DNA of 64,000 bases. Origin: Psychromonas arctica (lineage in GTDB: Bacteria; Pseudomonadota; Gammaproteobacteria; Enterobacterales; Psychromonadaceae). This document shows, in pieces, positions 51,323 to 61,602 of this stretch. The notes below the pieces were generated by a model. It had not been told where the DNA came from. It worked only from the letters and a program-made list of their open reading frames with translations, and made no database searches. Each line of letters opens with the position of its first letter. Positions within the stretch are counted from its first letter, which is position 1. The DNA lies in NCBI RefSeq assembly GCF_036697365.1, contig NZ_JBAHZA010000002.1, forward strand, positions 390,549 through 454,548, given 5' to 3'. A program made the position numbers and the translations under genes.

Positions 51323-52918
51323 ATGCCTTTGTTACCTACGACTGTACGACCATTTACCTTAAAAAAAATAATCTTTATTAGCTGCTTATTACCTGGCGTT
51401 GCTTTCTCTAAAGTGCCTTTTAATGCGAATACTGATCCAGTACAAACATCGAATAATACAAAAATTCTTTATGCTGTTGATGGTAAATTTGATCGTAATA
51501 CAGTGGTTTCTATAGCGCGTGACTTAGCTAGCAAACCATATCAAGAACCTAATTTGACATTGCCTGCTGAATTGCAAGACTTGAATTATGACCAATACAG
51601 AGACATTCGCTTTAATCCTAATGCTGCTATATGGAAAGATGAATCGTTACCTTTCCAAATGCAGCTCTTTCATCGTGGCTTTTATTTTAAAGAGACTGTG
51701 GAAATTGCGATCGTAGAGAATGGTCAATCAAAGCACTTACGCTACCAACCTGATATGTTTACAACGGGTGATGTTATGCAGAAAACGTTGCCAAATGCAG
51801 ATGTTGGTTTCGCTGGTCTACGTTTACACAACCCATTAAATACCCCTGATTATTATGATGAAGTAGCGGTTTTTCAAGGTGGTAGCTATTTTCGCTCCCT
51901 CGGTAAAAATGAAGGTTATGGTCTGTCATCACGTGGTTTAGCGCTCAAAACCGCTGATCCTGAAGGAGAGGAATTTCCAGCTTTTCGAGCATTTTGGATT
52001 GAAAAGCCAGCCAATGACAGTAATTCAATTGTTGTTTATGCCTTATTAGATAGCCCAAGTACAACCGGTGCCTATCGCTTCACAATCCGTCCAGGTGACA
52101 ATACCGTGATGGATGTAGAAGCCACTTTATTCCCACGTGAAGATTTAGATAAAGTAGGATTAGCAGCTGGTACAAGTATGTTCATGTTCTCTTCATACGA
52201 ACGAGAACAAGTCGATGATTTCCGACCTCGTGTTCACGATTCAGATGGGTTATTAATGATTAATGGACGCGGTGATAGATTATGGCGCCCCTTACGTAAC
52301 CCTAGAAATTTAGAAGTCAGTGCATTTAGTGACAACGGGCCTATTGGCTTTGGCTTGATACAACGTAATCGTGATTTTAATAACTTCCAAGATTTAGAAG
52401 CTAATTATCAACAACGCCCAAGTTTATGGGTTGAACCTCTTGGTAATTGGGCAAGAGGATCTGTCGTTTTAGTTGAAATCCCGACAGAGTCTGAGGTCAA
52501 TGATAATATTGTTGCTTATTGGTCTCCTAGTGAAGTCATTCCTGCCGGATCTGAATATCAGTTTGCATACCGATTACTCTGGGGCGAAGCTCCATCAGTA
52601 AAGAAAGATGAAGCTATTGTCGAAGCAACACGAAGCGGTCGAGCGAGTATTAATGGCCCGACGGAGAAGCGCTTATTTGTTGTCGACTATCGTTTTCCTA
52701 ATCCTTCAAATCATATCGCCACTCAAAAACCAACCACATCAATTGAAAACACCGCAGGTGAAATACACAATGTGGTTATTACTGAAAACCACCAGGATGG
52801 TTATCGTGTTACTTTTGAACTTGACCCACTTGATGCTGAATTAATTGAGCTTCGATTAGCATTACAATTTGCCGATGGTAGAAAAGCTGAAAATTGGATG
52901 TATCAATGGACAAAATAA
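51323..52918 (+). CDS. opgG: glucan biosynthesis protein G (periplasmic, OPG synthesis)
   Basis: 531 aa. Signal peptide, and the MdoG-family conserved regions (FRAFWIEKP, WRPLRNP, GFGLIQRNRDF). Confidence 0.9.
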   Translation: MPLLPTTVRPFTLKKIIFISCLLPGVAFSKVPFNANTDPVQTSNNTKILYAVDGKFDRNTVVSIARDLASKPYQEPNLTLPAELQDLNYDQYRDIRFNPNAAIWKDESLPFQMQLFHRGFYFKETVEIAIVENGQSKHLRYQPDMFTTGDVMQKTLPNADVGFAGLRLHNPLNTPDYYDEVAVFQGGSYFRSLGKNEGYGLSSRGLALKTADPEGEEFPAFRAFWIEKPANDSNSIVVYALLDSPSTTGAYRFTIRPGDNTVMDVEATLFPREDLDKVGLAAGTSMFMFSSYEREQVDDFRPRVHDSDGLLMINGRGDRLWRPLRNPRNLEVSAFSDNGPIGFGLIQRNRDFNNFQDLEANYQQRPSLWVEPLGNWARGSVVLVEIPTESEVNDNIVAYWSPSEVIPAGSEYQFAYRLLWGEAPSVKKDEAIVEATRSGRASINGPTEKRLFVVDYRFPNPSNHIATQKPTTSIENTAGEIHNVVITENHQDGYRVTFELDPLDAELIELRLALQFADGRKAENWMYQWTK

Positions 52919-55071
52919 TTGTGCATGACACTCCTTTATCTGAACCAGATATTGTTGAACCAGGTATGCCAAAAGAGCATTTTGAGGCGATGCCAGTTCA
53001 ATCTTTAAGCGACTATGATACAAGTAACAAACGCACTCCCATCAACCCTAAGGGAGTTAAATCCCAAGTATTAAGAAGATGGTTAGTTTTAGGATCATCA
53101 CTTTTATTGTCTATATGGGGAGTCAATGAAATGCATACCGTGCTCGGTGCGGATAATATGACTTTCATTCAATACCTCTTTCTTATTTTATTCGCTTTGA
53201 CTTTTAGCTGGATCACCGTTGCCTTTAGTGGCTCAATTGTTGGTTTTTTCTTAGTCTGTGCTCAACGCCTCCAAAAACCTAAGCGCTTAACAAATACACT
53301 CGTTGGCCGAACCGCGGTATTAATGCCAACCTATAACGAAGATCCTGATCGTATTTACGCAGCGATTGAAGTGATGGCAGTAGAAATCGCTGAATCAGGG
53401 GAAAGTAAAGCATTTGATTGGTTTGTTATTAGTGACACAACAGATCCAGAGATAGTACTCAAAGAAGAAGCAGGTTTTCATACATTACGCCAACGAATAA
53501 GCCACTCTACAAACGTTTATTATCGTCGACGCCAAAACAACACAGCAAGAAAAGCAGGTAATGTTTCTGATTTTTGTAAACGCTGGGGAGCGAGTTACGA
53601 CCACTTATTAGTGTTAGATGCCGATAGCTTGATGGAAGCAGATACCATGCTGGAATTAGCTCGTCGTATGGAGGCTGATCCTGATTCTGGTTTAATTCAA
53701 ACCATCCCTCAATTAATAAATGGCACCACCTTAATCGCTAGGTTACAACAGTTTTCTACTTGTGTTTATGGCCCCATTGTCGGTACTGGGCTTGCTTGGT
53801 GGACTCATAAAGAAGGCAACTTCTGGGGACATAATGCCATTATACGTACTAAAGCAATGATGTCGGCTGCTGGCTTGCCAGATCTTAAAGGCGCTCCACC
53901 ATTTGGTGGGCATATTTTAAGCCATGACTTTGTAGAAGCATCATTGATTAGACGTGCTGGTTGGAGTGTGACTATTGCAGCAGACCTTTATGGTTCATAC
54001 GAGGAATGCCCACCATCTATCACCGACTTAGCAATTCGAGATCGTCGTTGGTGCCAAGGTAATTTACAACATGGCCGTATTATCACTGCAAAAGGCTTAC
54101 ATTGGGTGAGCCGTAGTCATTTATTAACGGGAATCATGTCATACCTATCATCACCTTTGTGGTTGATGTTAATTCTAGTCGGGCTAGCACTTTCTTTACA
54201 GGCTGAATATATTCGTCCAGAGTATTTTAGCGACCAATTCTCGTTATTTCCTACTTGGCCTCAAATGGATGCCGCGCGTGCCCTAAGCTTATTTGCCTTT
54301 ACCATGGTGATACTTTTCACACCAAAAACCTTAGGCTTAATCTCCTATATGATCCACAGTCCTTTAAGAAAACGTTGCGGTGGATTTTTCATTTTGATGC
54401 TCAGCTTTATTGTCGAAATTATTTTATCAGCAATGCTCGCTCCTATCATGATGCTTATTCATACTGGCGCAGTCTTTTCTATCTTGATTGGCCAAGATTC
54501 TGGTTGGAACCCACAACGCCGCGACGATGGTAGCTTACCCGTTAAGCATTTAATCTACAGACATCGTTGGCACATGATTGTGGGATTATTATTAACAGTG
54601 GCTGGTTACCTCAACTCACTCGCATTATTAGCTTGGTTGTCCCCGGCTATTTTAGGAATGCTGTTATCGGTGCCATTATCACTATTAACCGGGTCATGGG
54701 CCGTTGGTAATGCTGTTAAGAAATCAACAATATTATCTACGCAATACGAGAAAGAAAAACCAATAATTCAGCAAGCGATGGATGATACAAGAAGTGTCTA
54801 TCAAACTGCTGTCAATAATGCGCCTGATTTAATTGAAATAGCTGCAAACCCTAAATGGCGTGCAGTACACCTCTCCCTGATGGACTCAATTCCATTAAGA
54901 GCGCGTGGTCAAATAAATGTAGTTGAAGCAACTGCAACAGTAAAAATCCTTGAAGCAACAACGATAGTCGAAGCTGTTAGTTACTTAAACAAACAAGAAC
55001 AAACCTGTGTATTAGGCACACCTGATTTATTTAAAAAGTTATCAAGTTTACCGCGATACTCGGAAAGTTAA
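52906..55071 (+). CDS. opgH: glucans biosynthesis glucosyltransferase H (GT2)
   Basis: Motifs MPTYNEDP, LVLDADSLM, GHNAIIRT, DRRWCQGN and multiple TM helices match OpgH/MdoH. It overlaps the opgG stop. The ORF track starts at 52894. Confidence 0.9.
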   Translation: MDKIIVHDTPLSEPDIVEPGMPKEHFEAMPVQSLSDYDTSNKRTPINPKGVKSQVLRRWLVLGSSLLLSIWGVNEMHTVLGADNMTFIQYLFLILFALTFSWITVAFSGSIVGFFLVCAQRLQKPKRLTNTLVGRTAVLMPTYNEDPDRIYAAIEVMAVEIAESGESKAFDWFVISDTTDPEIVLKEEAGFHTLRQRISHSTNVYYRRRQNNTARKAGNVSDFCKRWGASYDHLLVLDADSLMEADTMLELARRMEADPDSGLIQTIPQLINGTTLIARLQQFSTCVYGPIVGTGLAWWTHKEGNFWGHNAIIRTKAMMSAAGLPDLKGAPPFGGHILSHDFVEASLIRRAGWSVTIAADLYGSYEECPPSITDLAIRDRRWCQGNLQHGRIITAKGLHWVSRSHLLTGIMSYLSSPLWLMLILVGLALSLQAEYIRPEYFSDQFSLFPTWPQMDAARALSLFAFTMVILFTPKTLGLISYMIHSPLRKRCGGFFILMLSFIVEIILSAMLAPIMMLIHTGAVFSILIGQDSGWNPQRRDDGSLPVKHLIYRHRWHMIVGLLLTVAGYLNSLALLAWLSPAILGMLLSVPLSLLTGSWAVGNAVKKSTILSTQYEKEKPIIQQAMDDTRSVYQTAVNNAPDLIEIAANPKWRAVHLSLMDSIPLRARGQINVVEATATVKILEATTIVEAVSYLNKQEQTCVLGTPDLFKKLSSLPRYSES

Positions 55072-55128
55072 TTAGCAGAATTTATTCACCACAACGAATT
55101 TATCAAACCCAATGTATTGGAGATTTTT

Positions 55129-56667
55129 ATGAGATTGAAGTTATTTGTCGCCATTGTATTTTCTACCTCAATGTCGTCTCACGCATCAGAAGTATTAGAT
55201 AGAAAAGAGTTTACCTTCGAAGATTTGAAGGGACTTGCAAAAGCCTCTGCTGCCAGCCCCTATTCTCCTCCGGTTGTTCCAGCAACAGACTTAATTGATA
55301 AAATTACCTATGATCAGCATTGGAAAATACGCTTCAAAGACGAAAAAACCTTATACCCAAATGGAACAAAAGCACCTGTGCAATTTTTTTACCCTGGTCG
55401 ATACTTCCAAGAACCAGTAAAAATTTATGTACGTGATAATAACAACCAAGCTCAACACATTCCTTTCAGTAATGATTTTTTTGATATGCCATCTGATAGC
55501 CCTGCCCAAAATCTTCCTGCTGGATTTGGATTTGCAGGTTTTAGAATAATGCGACCAGATAACAAACCAGATTGGATATCTTTTCTCGGTGCATCCTACT
55601 TTCGAACTGATGGGCCTGAAGGGCAATATGGTTTATCAGCCAGAGGCATTGCAATCAATACAGGTATGAGCCAGCCTGAAGAATTTCCTCGCTTTTCAGC
55701 ATTTTGGTTAGGTCCTGCAGATAAACAAGGAGAAAGTTTGTCTGTTTGGGCGCTACTTGAAGGTCCCTCTATCACTGGCGCCTACCGTTTTGAATTAAGT
55801 AAAGATAACAAAGAAGCTAAAGGACATATTACCTCTGTTACCGCCAACCTATATATGCGTGCTGATGTTGAACGATTAGGTATTGCACCATTAACCAGTA
55901 TGTATTGGTATTCAGAGAAAGATAAAACAATCGCTAAAGACTGGCGTCCCGAAATTCATGACAGTGATGGCATTGCTATTCATACTGGATCAGGTCAACA
56001 AATCTGGCGTCCACTGAATAACCCTCAATCAGTATCTACCAATAGTTTTATCGATGAGAACCCGAAAGGATTTGGCTTAATTCAAAGAGATCGTGATTTT
56101 AGCCATTACCAAGATGATGGCGTTTTCTACAATAAACGCTCGTCAGCTTGGATTAAACCGATTGGTGATTGGGGTAAAGGCGCTGTTCAATTAATTGAAA
56201 TTCCAACCAAAGATGAAACTTTCGATAATATTGTGGCTTATTGGGTACCCGATAAACCGGCTCGTAAAGGTGATGAGTTTACTTTTTCTTACGATATTGA
56301 ATGGCGTCCACTTGATCCGAGATCCACAACCTTAGCCACTGTTGTAAACACTCGACAAGGTTTAGGTGGCATTCCCGGCCAGCCAATACCTGCTGATATC
56401 AATAAAATGGTCATTGATTTTGACGGTGCAGCATTAAAAGGACTAGACAGAGACAGTGGAATAAAGCCCATTGTTGAAGCGAGTAATGGAGAAATCTTAG
56501 AGCCGATACGCGCCTACCCTATTGTCGGCACAGACCAATGGCGCTTAACCTTTGATTACAAACAAGTTAATGCCAACCCAGTTACTATTAGCGCGCATTT
56601 AATCAACAAACAAGGCAAAGCAATCACTGAAACTTGGGTAAGCAACGCCACTGTCGACATAAAATAA
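55129..56667 (+). CDS. opgD: OpgD/OpgG-family periplasmic glucan biosynthesis protein (paralogue of opgG)
   Basis: Signal peptide. Paralogous conserved blocks (FSAFWLGP, WRPLNNP, GFGLIQRDRDF). ATG at 55129 has a GGAG RBS. The ORF track uses the TTG at 55117. Confidence 0.8.
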   Translation: MRLKLFVAIVFSTSMSSHASEVLDRKEFTFEDLKGLAKASAASPYSPPVVPATDLIDKITYDQHWKIRFKDEKTLYPNGTKAPVQFFYPGRYFQEPVKIYVRDNNNQAQHIPFSNDFFDMPSDSPAQNLPAGFGFAGFRIMRPDNKPDWISFLGASYFRTDGPEGQYGLSARGIAINTGMSQPEEFPRFSAFWLGPADKQGESLSVWALLEGPSITGAYRFELSKDNKEAKGHITSVTANLYMRADVERLGIAPLTSMYWYSEKDKTIAKDWRPEIHDSDGIAIHTGSGQQIWRPLNNPQSVSTNSFIDENPKGFGLIQRDRDFSHYQDDGVFYNKRSSAWIKPIGDWGKGAVQLIEIPTKDETFDNIVAYWVPDKPARKGDEFTFSYDIEWRPLDPRSTTLATVVNTRQGLGGIPGQPIPADINKMVIDFDGAALKGLDRDSGIKPIVEASNGEILEPIRAYPIVGTDQWRLTFDYKQVNANPVTISAHLINKQGKAITETWVSNATVDIK

Positions 56668-56746
56668 ACCAATACTTTTCAATCTACATTATTCAAAGTA
56701 TTAATCGTAACGACAATATCTGTTTAGCGACTTACTCTTGAATAAT

Positions 56747-56781
56747 GTATTTTGAAACCTACTCTTCAAAATACGCTTTTT
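56747..56781 (+). terminator. rho-independent terminator after the opg cluster
   Basis: gtattttgaa-acctactc-ttcaaaatac followed by gcttttt. Confidence 0.65.
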
Positions 56782-57019
56782 AACAATGACTTACATCCAA
56801 ACTTACCGTTATAAAAAGCAACGTTATCTTTTGTACTCATTAATATTAATAACACCAACGACTAATCTATATTACTTTTTAAAATCATATATTTAATGTA
56901 ATTGCCATCAAAGTGAACTGATCTATATTATTTATCCGTATGATGTGGAGTGGATTGTATTTACTATCAACAAAATCGTACAATTTTTATTAATATAAAC
57001 AAATGGATATCATATAATT

Positions 57020-58438
57020 ATGGTTGATTTTAGCCGACTAGCTTATGTTGATCTTGAAACAACAGGAACCAAACCAACACGAGATCAAATAACAGAAATT
57101 GCTATCGTACAAACCCTCAACGGAGTCATAGTTGATAGGTGGCAATCGCTAATTTACCCAGATACAAACATCCCCTTAATGATTCAGAAGTTAACGGGAA
57201 TAACTCCTGAGATGGTGGCAGACGCCCCAACTATCGATCAAGTTATTCCTACTGTTATTGAAAAGCTTAAAGGACATGTTGTCGTTGCACATAATGCACG
57301 ATTTGACGTGGGCTTTTTAAAAAATGCCTTTAAACAAAACAATGTAGAATTTAAATATCCAGTCGTGTGCACCGTTAAACTCTCACGAGAACTATACCCA
57401 AGTTTCAAAAGACATAACCTTGATAGCATCATTAAACGCTTTGATCTAACCTGTGAAGCGAGACATAGAGCAATGGACGATGCGGCTATTTTACCGCAGA
57501 TAGTTGCACGTATGACGGGTGAATTTGATGAAGCCAAAGTCATGAAAGCTATGCAATCTCAACAAAAGCTATCTAGTGTTCCGCCCCATATAAACCCTGA
57601 TATTTTCTCAACTATGCCCAATGAACCCGGAGTTTATTTGTTCTACGGCGAAACAGGTAATTTATTATATGTTGGTAAAAGCGTACAAATCAGAGCGAGA
57701 GTCATTTCACATTTTTCTAGCGATCATAGTCATGATAGAGAAATGCGTATGGCTCAACAAGTATATGATATTGAATGGATAACCACAGCGGGTGAATTTA
57801 GTGCGTTAGTTTTAGAATCCGAATTAGTTAAGTCACGCGCCCCTTTATTCAATAGGCAGCTTAGAAAACAAAAATCTCTATTTACAATCTATTGGGAAAA
57901 CAGTACGAATGAGAATGTTGCTCAACCAAGTGTGATTGATATTAATACTTTAAATACACAATCGAAAAAAGCATCACTACGTAACACCTACGGACTTTAT
58001 AAAAACCGCCGAACCGCACTTGAAGCCCTACGTAAATTAAAAGATGAAAATCAACTATGCGGAATACAATTAGGTTTAGATAAAGGAAAAGGCCCTTGTT
58101 TTTCCTATCAACTTAAAAAATGTAAAGGTATTTGCTGTGGCCAAGAGTCGAACATCAGTTACCAAATGCGAATGCAACAAGCATTTTCACCGATAAAAAT
58201 TAAAGGTTGGCCCTACTCAGGTGCAATTGGCATTAAAGAGTACAATGAAACAAGCGATATAAGCTGTATTCATATTATTTCGCATTGGTTATATTTAGGG
58301 AAAGTGAATAATGAAAGTGAACTAGCAGACTTTAATTTTAATGTGACCGCCAAACTGGATATAGACTTTTACAAGATATGTATTTCTCAGTTACAAAAGA
58401 GCCCTGCGTTGATTAATTTAGAAGATATTATTTCATAA
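57020..58438 (+). CDS. DnaQ-like 3'-5' exonuclease domain fused to GIY-YIG nuclease domain (Cho/UvrC-N-like)
   Basis: DEDDh motifs (YVDLETTG; VVAHNARFDVGFL; the H of RHRAMDDA), followed by GIY-YIG (GVYLFYGETGNLLYVGKSVQIRARVISHF). The C-terminus is Cys-rich (CFSYQLKKCKGICC). Confidence 0.8.
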   Translation: MVDFSRLAYVDLETTGTKPTRDQITEIAIVQTLNGVIVDRWQSLIYPDTNIPLMIQKLTGITPEMVADAPTIDQVIPTVIEKLKGHVVVAHNARFDVGFLKNAFKQNNVEFKYPVVCTVKLSRELYPSFKRHNLDSIIKRFDLTCEARHRAMDDAAILPQIVARMTGEFDEAKVMKAMQSQQKLSSVPPHINPDIFSTMPNEPGVYLFYGETGNLLYVGKSVQIRARVISHFSSDHSHDREMRMAQQVYDIEWITTAGEFSALVLESELVKSRAPLFNRQLRKQKSLFTIYWENSTNENVAQPSVIDINTLNTQSKKASLRNTYGLYKNRRTALEALRKLKDENQLCGIQLGLDKGKGPCFSYQLKKCKGICCGQESNISYQMRMQQAFSPIKIKGWPYSGAIGIKEYNETSDISCIHIISHWLYLGKVNNESELADFNFNVTAKLDIDFYKICISQLQKSPALINLEDIIS

Positions 58439-59019
58439 CTGAAGCCTATTGCCTTTGCATTCAAGTAATAAATGCAATCGATTAGGCTCGTTCTCATCAA
58501 CGGCTAATCACCACTAACTCAGCTATATTTTCAGGGACTAAGCATGTTTGTTCGCTCTGCCGACATTCAACTTAAACGGGTTTAGGATATAACTGATACC
58601 ACCGTTAACACACCTCTCATTGGTGGGTTGATAGTTAAGCTAATCATAAACGTATAAGACTAAATGGTAGCGATTAAAGACTGACGTTAATGCAGAAGGC
58701 ACATAACCAGATACATCAATATTAGAAGCCAATAATTTACCTGTTCAATCAACCATTGACGTCTACGTTCAAAAAATTTTTTATATATATCTTCCCCGCA
58801 AAAATAAGCGCGCGAATACAATATGAAATACAGTAATAATGAGGTGTATCCGATGACGATATCTAAGATTGGCGAGACTGAGTCATAACAACTACCTCTT
58901 AGCGTGCAAAAGTTACATGACTAAAAGGTTGAAGGCTACTTATGACTCGTCAAGTTTTATGGTTGTCCACGCTCTTTTCCGATTTACAAAGAGTTACCAT
59001 ATATGTTCACTATTTATTA

Positions 59020-59757
59020 TTATTTTTTTAACTCATAAATATCAGTTTGAGCCTTATTAACTTGGTCTTTGGATATGTTTTTTACCACTTTTTTGGTAAA
59101 ACTAGGTGTTTGAATATAATAGCTAATTTCACCTTCGTGTTCAGTCTCATATTGAACCTGTAAAATGTTAGTACCTTTGATTAAGTTTAAATCTGTAAGT
59201 CCACCTGAGCCTCCAAAATACATTAAGCTTTCATCGTTTAAGGTAGCTTGAAAAGAACTCATTCTTTCAGAGTAAATAAAAGCAGCATCTTTATTGCCTA
59301 AAGTAATTTGTTCTTTTTCTGGCCTTTCTTTTGTGTAATTCAAGTAAAACTTTGACGTTATAACACCTGATTCTTTTTCACTTGAAACATAATAGAAAGG
59401 AATATATTCCGTTGAGCTTGTTAAACCAAAGCTAAATTTTCTAGGTGGAGAAAAGTTTGCCCTTTTTCTATCAAACTTTAATTCAATGGTATTCTCGCCC
59501 TCTTTTAATACAAAGGCTAATATGTCTTGAACAAAAGGAGGCATATCTTGAAATTGATTTTTAAGTGGATTTTCTTCATTAAAAATTTTTAGACCTGAAA
59601 CAGCTCCTTTACCTACAGGTTTTCCATTAATTTTGAGTTGTACGTCGTAATTACTATTATGACCGGAAACGAACGCTTTAATATTTTGACTAGCCTTGGA
59701 TGCCATACTTATAAAAAATATTGAAATTATAATTAATAAACTCGCTCTTTTGCTCAT
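59020..59757 (-). CDS. hypothetical secreted protein
   Basis: Signal peptide MSKRASLLIIISIFFISMASKA. 245 aa. Confidence 0.45.
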   Translation of the reverse strand: MSKRASLLIIISIFFISMASKASQNIKAFVSGHNSNYDVQLKINGKPVGKGAVSGLKIFNEENPLKNQFQDMPPFVQDILAFVLKEGENTIELKFDRKRANFSPPRKFSFGLTSSTEYIPFYYVSSEKESGVITSKFYLNYTKERPEKEQITLGNKDAAFIYSERMSSFQATLNDESLMYFGGSGGLTDLNLIKGTNILQVQYETEHEGEISYYIQTPSFTKKVVKNISKDQVNKAQTDIYELKK

Positions 59758-59963
59758 ATTTGCTTCTTCTTTTTAATTGTTATGTTTATATTTTTTGCTG
59801 AAAACATCGATAAAGCCTTGAACTTCAATTACTATTTGCAACATATATTGTTCACATTATGCTCAATCGACTCACGGTTAAAAGTAATAACACACTCAAC
59901 ATTATTTATTAACTTACAAAATAGTACATCCATTAAAATTTTATGGCTGTCTACGATCTTTCG

Positions 59964-60461
59964 CTAGACCTTAATTATACTAGGGTACCTGAGCAAGCCA
60001 AATGAAACTTTACAAGCTTGAATTATCTCTTCTTGCCTTTTTTCTTTAGACCAACCATTAATATGCTCACAATACCATTCGTCTTCATAAATTGTATATT
60101 CTGAAAACGACTCAGGGTAACCTAAAAATACATTAGCATCATAAATCTTGGAGGCTCCGTCTTCGGGAGGAAGCATTCCTCGGATAACTTCATGGGCTAA
60201 AATTTTAACATAACCCTCGACAGCCTCTTCAAGCTTAGGAAACTTTAGATCTAACTCAGAGATCACAATATTAAAGTGCTCATCTACTTCAAATTCATTT
60301 AGTGGATTTAATAAAGAGGCCAAAATACAAAGGTTTTCGGTTTCGACGCCTTGCTCAAGTAAACTCATAGCCCAATTGACTTTAAGTTTACTTCCACCGA
60401 CTGTCATTGCAATCAAACCGAAAGCTTTAATTGTTTCTAATTCTTGCGTAGAAGTCAGCAT
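59964..60461 (-). CDS. hypothetical protein
   Basis: 165 aa ORF co-oriented with the islet genes. No recognisable motif. Confidence 0.4.
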   Translation of the reverse strand: MLTSTQELETIKAFGLIAMTVGGSKLKVNWAMSLLEQGVETENLCILASLLNPLNEFEVDEHFNIVISELDLKFPKLEEAVEGYVKILAHEVIRGMLPPEDGASKIYDANVFLGYPESFSEYTIYEDEWYCEHINGWSKEKRQEEIIQACKVSFGLLRYPSIIKV

Positions 60462-60549
60462 ACTATCCCAGATACAATAAAATAGCTTTTTAAAATCAGC
60501 GACCTGCGAGCAATAACCAACTGCCCTGCTTAAATAACTTATTATACAT

Positions 60550-60879
60550 TTATTCTACCAACTCAATAACTTTGATAGTTGGTCTAGAATCTCCGAGCCA
60601 AAATTTAGTACCAGTAAATAGTTTTATTGAACTATGAGACTTACTATTAAAAGAAATCTCAAAGTCTCCATGTATTGTTAATTCACTTTTGTTACCAATA
60701 GCCACTCCACCAGCGATTCTTAAGTCTGATGTGCAAACTTTATAGTCAGCAGGCTCGATTGATTTCAAAATCCAAGATTTACCTTGTGGGACCTCATAAT
60801 CATTAGACTTCTCCAAAGTCAATTCATTAGCAAAAATTGGCAAAGAGAAGAATAAAAAGACGAAACTTAAGATTTTCAT
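60550..60879 (-). CDS. hypothetical small secreted protein
   Basis: Signal peptide MKILSFVFLFFSLPIFA. 109 aa. Preceded by copy 1 of the repeat element. Confidence 0.45.
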   Translation of the reverse strand: MKILSFVFLFFSLPIFANELTLEKSNDYEVPQGKSWILKSIEPADYKVCTSDLRIAGGVAIGNKSELTIHGDFEISFNSKSHSSIKLFTGTKFWLGDSRPTIKVIELVE

Positions 60880-60884
60880 ATATC

Positions 60885-61150
60885 ACTTCGAAACGTATAA
60901 CTAGGCTGTAGAACTTCTCATTTTCAGCCTGTTTATTTTAAATAAAAAATGACAGTATCTTACATTTACTTGAGATTAAATAGATTATTTTATTTTTATT
61001 AACTAATTAATTAAATTGAGCTATAAATGGGGTTAGAAGGCTAAACACACGGAATTTATTGAGTTAAGGGTTGAGCAGTTCCGTTAATGTAAACTATTCC
61101 TTAGCTTCTCACCGTTATAACGAACAGTATGAATGAGACGGTACATTTAC
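60885..61150. repeat. repeat element copy 1 (~265 bp) upstream of a minus-strand gene
   Basis: Shares ends and an internal hairpin (aggctgtagaaYttctcattttcagcc) with the region at 63745-64000. The conserved end blocks are aatgtaaactattcctta...acgaRcagtacattt. Confidence 0.6.
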
Positions 61151-61602
61151 CATTGCGTATTCATTTTATCTTGGCGACACAAAATGAGTTTACTCATCCT
61201 TTTATTACCCCTCTGATTTTAAAAATAAGAACAGTAGACGCTATTCGTCTACCTTATTTAAATAATAGGCTGCAACCTCGAAAAGTGTATATTGAAATAC
61301 ACTGGGAATAATTTACTGTTCAAAATCAATCGAAATGAATTTACTTGGGCAAGATATATCAGGTTTGCCTCTTTACTTTAAAAGAGTGCAACCATGTTTA
61401 TCTCTGAGTAAAATAACTATCAGGTCACGGACGATCAGCTCAATAAAGATTATTTTTCGTACAATGAGATTATAAAAAAGAACATAAAAACATTATTTTT
61501 GGAGAAATGCTAAAGTCTCAACGTCACATTAAGCGGACTAGAATAGTGAATTAGAAAGTGATACGTATCCACTATTTTATTTACGTTTAATCTCCTGCTA
61601 TA

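Noticed and set aside
58869-59060. 63-aa plus-strand ORF
   Set aside because: It overlaps the 3' end of the minus-strand secreted-protein gene and the short 3' repeat motif, and has no supporting features.
60900-60945. Repeat-element hairpin as an intrinsic terminator
   Set aside because: There is no U-run after the stem on either strand. On the minus strand the T-run precedes the hairpin, and on the plus strand it is followed by A-rich sequence. It is more likely a regulatory or structural RNA or DNA element.
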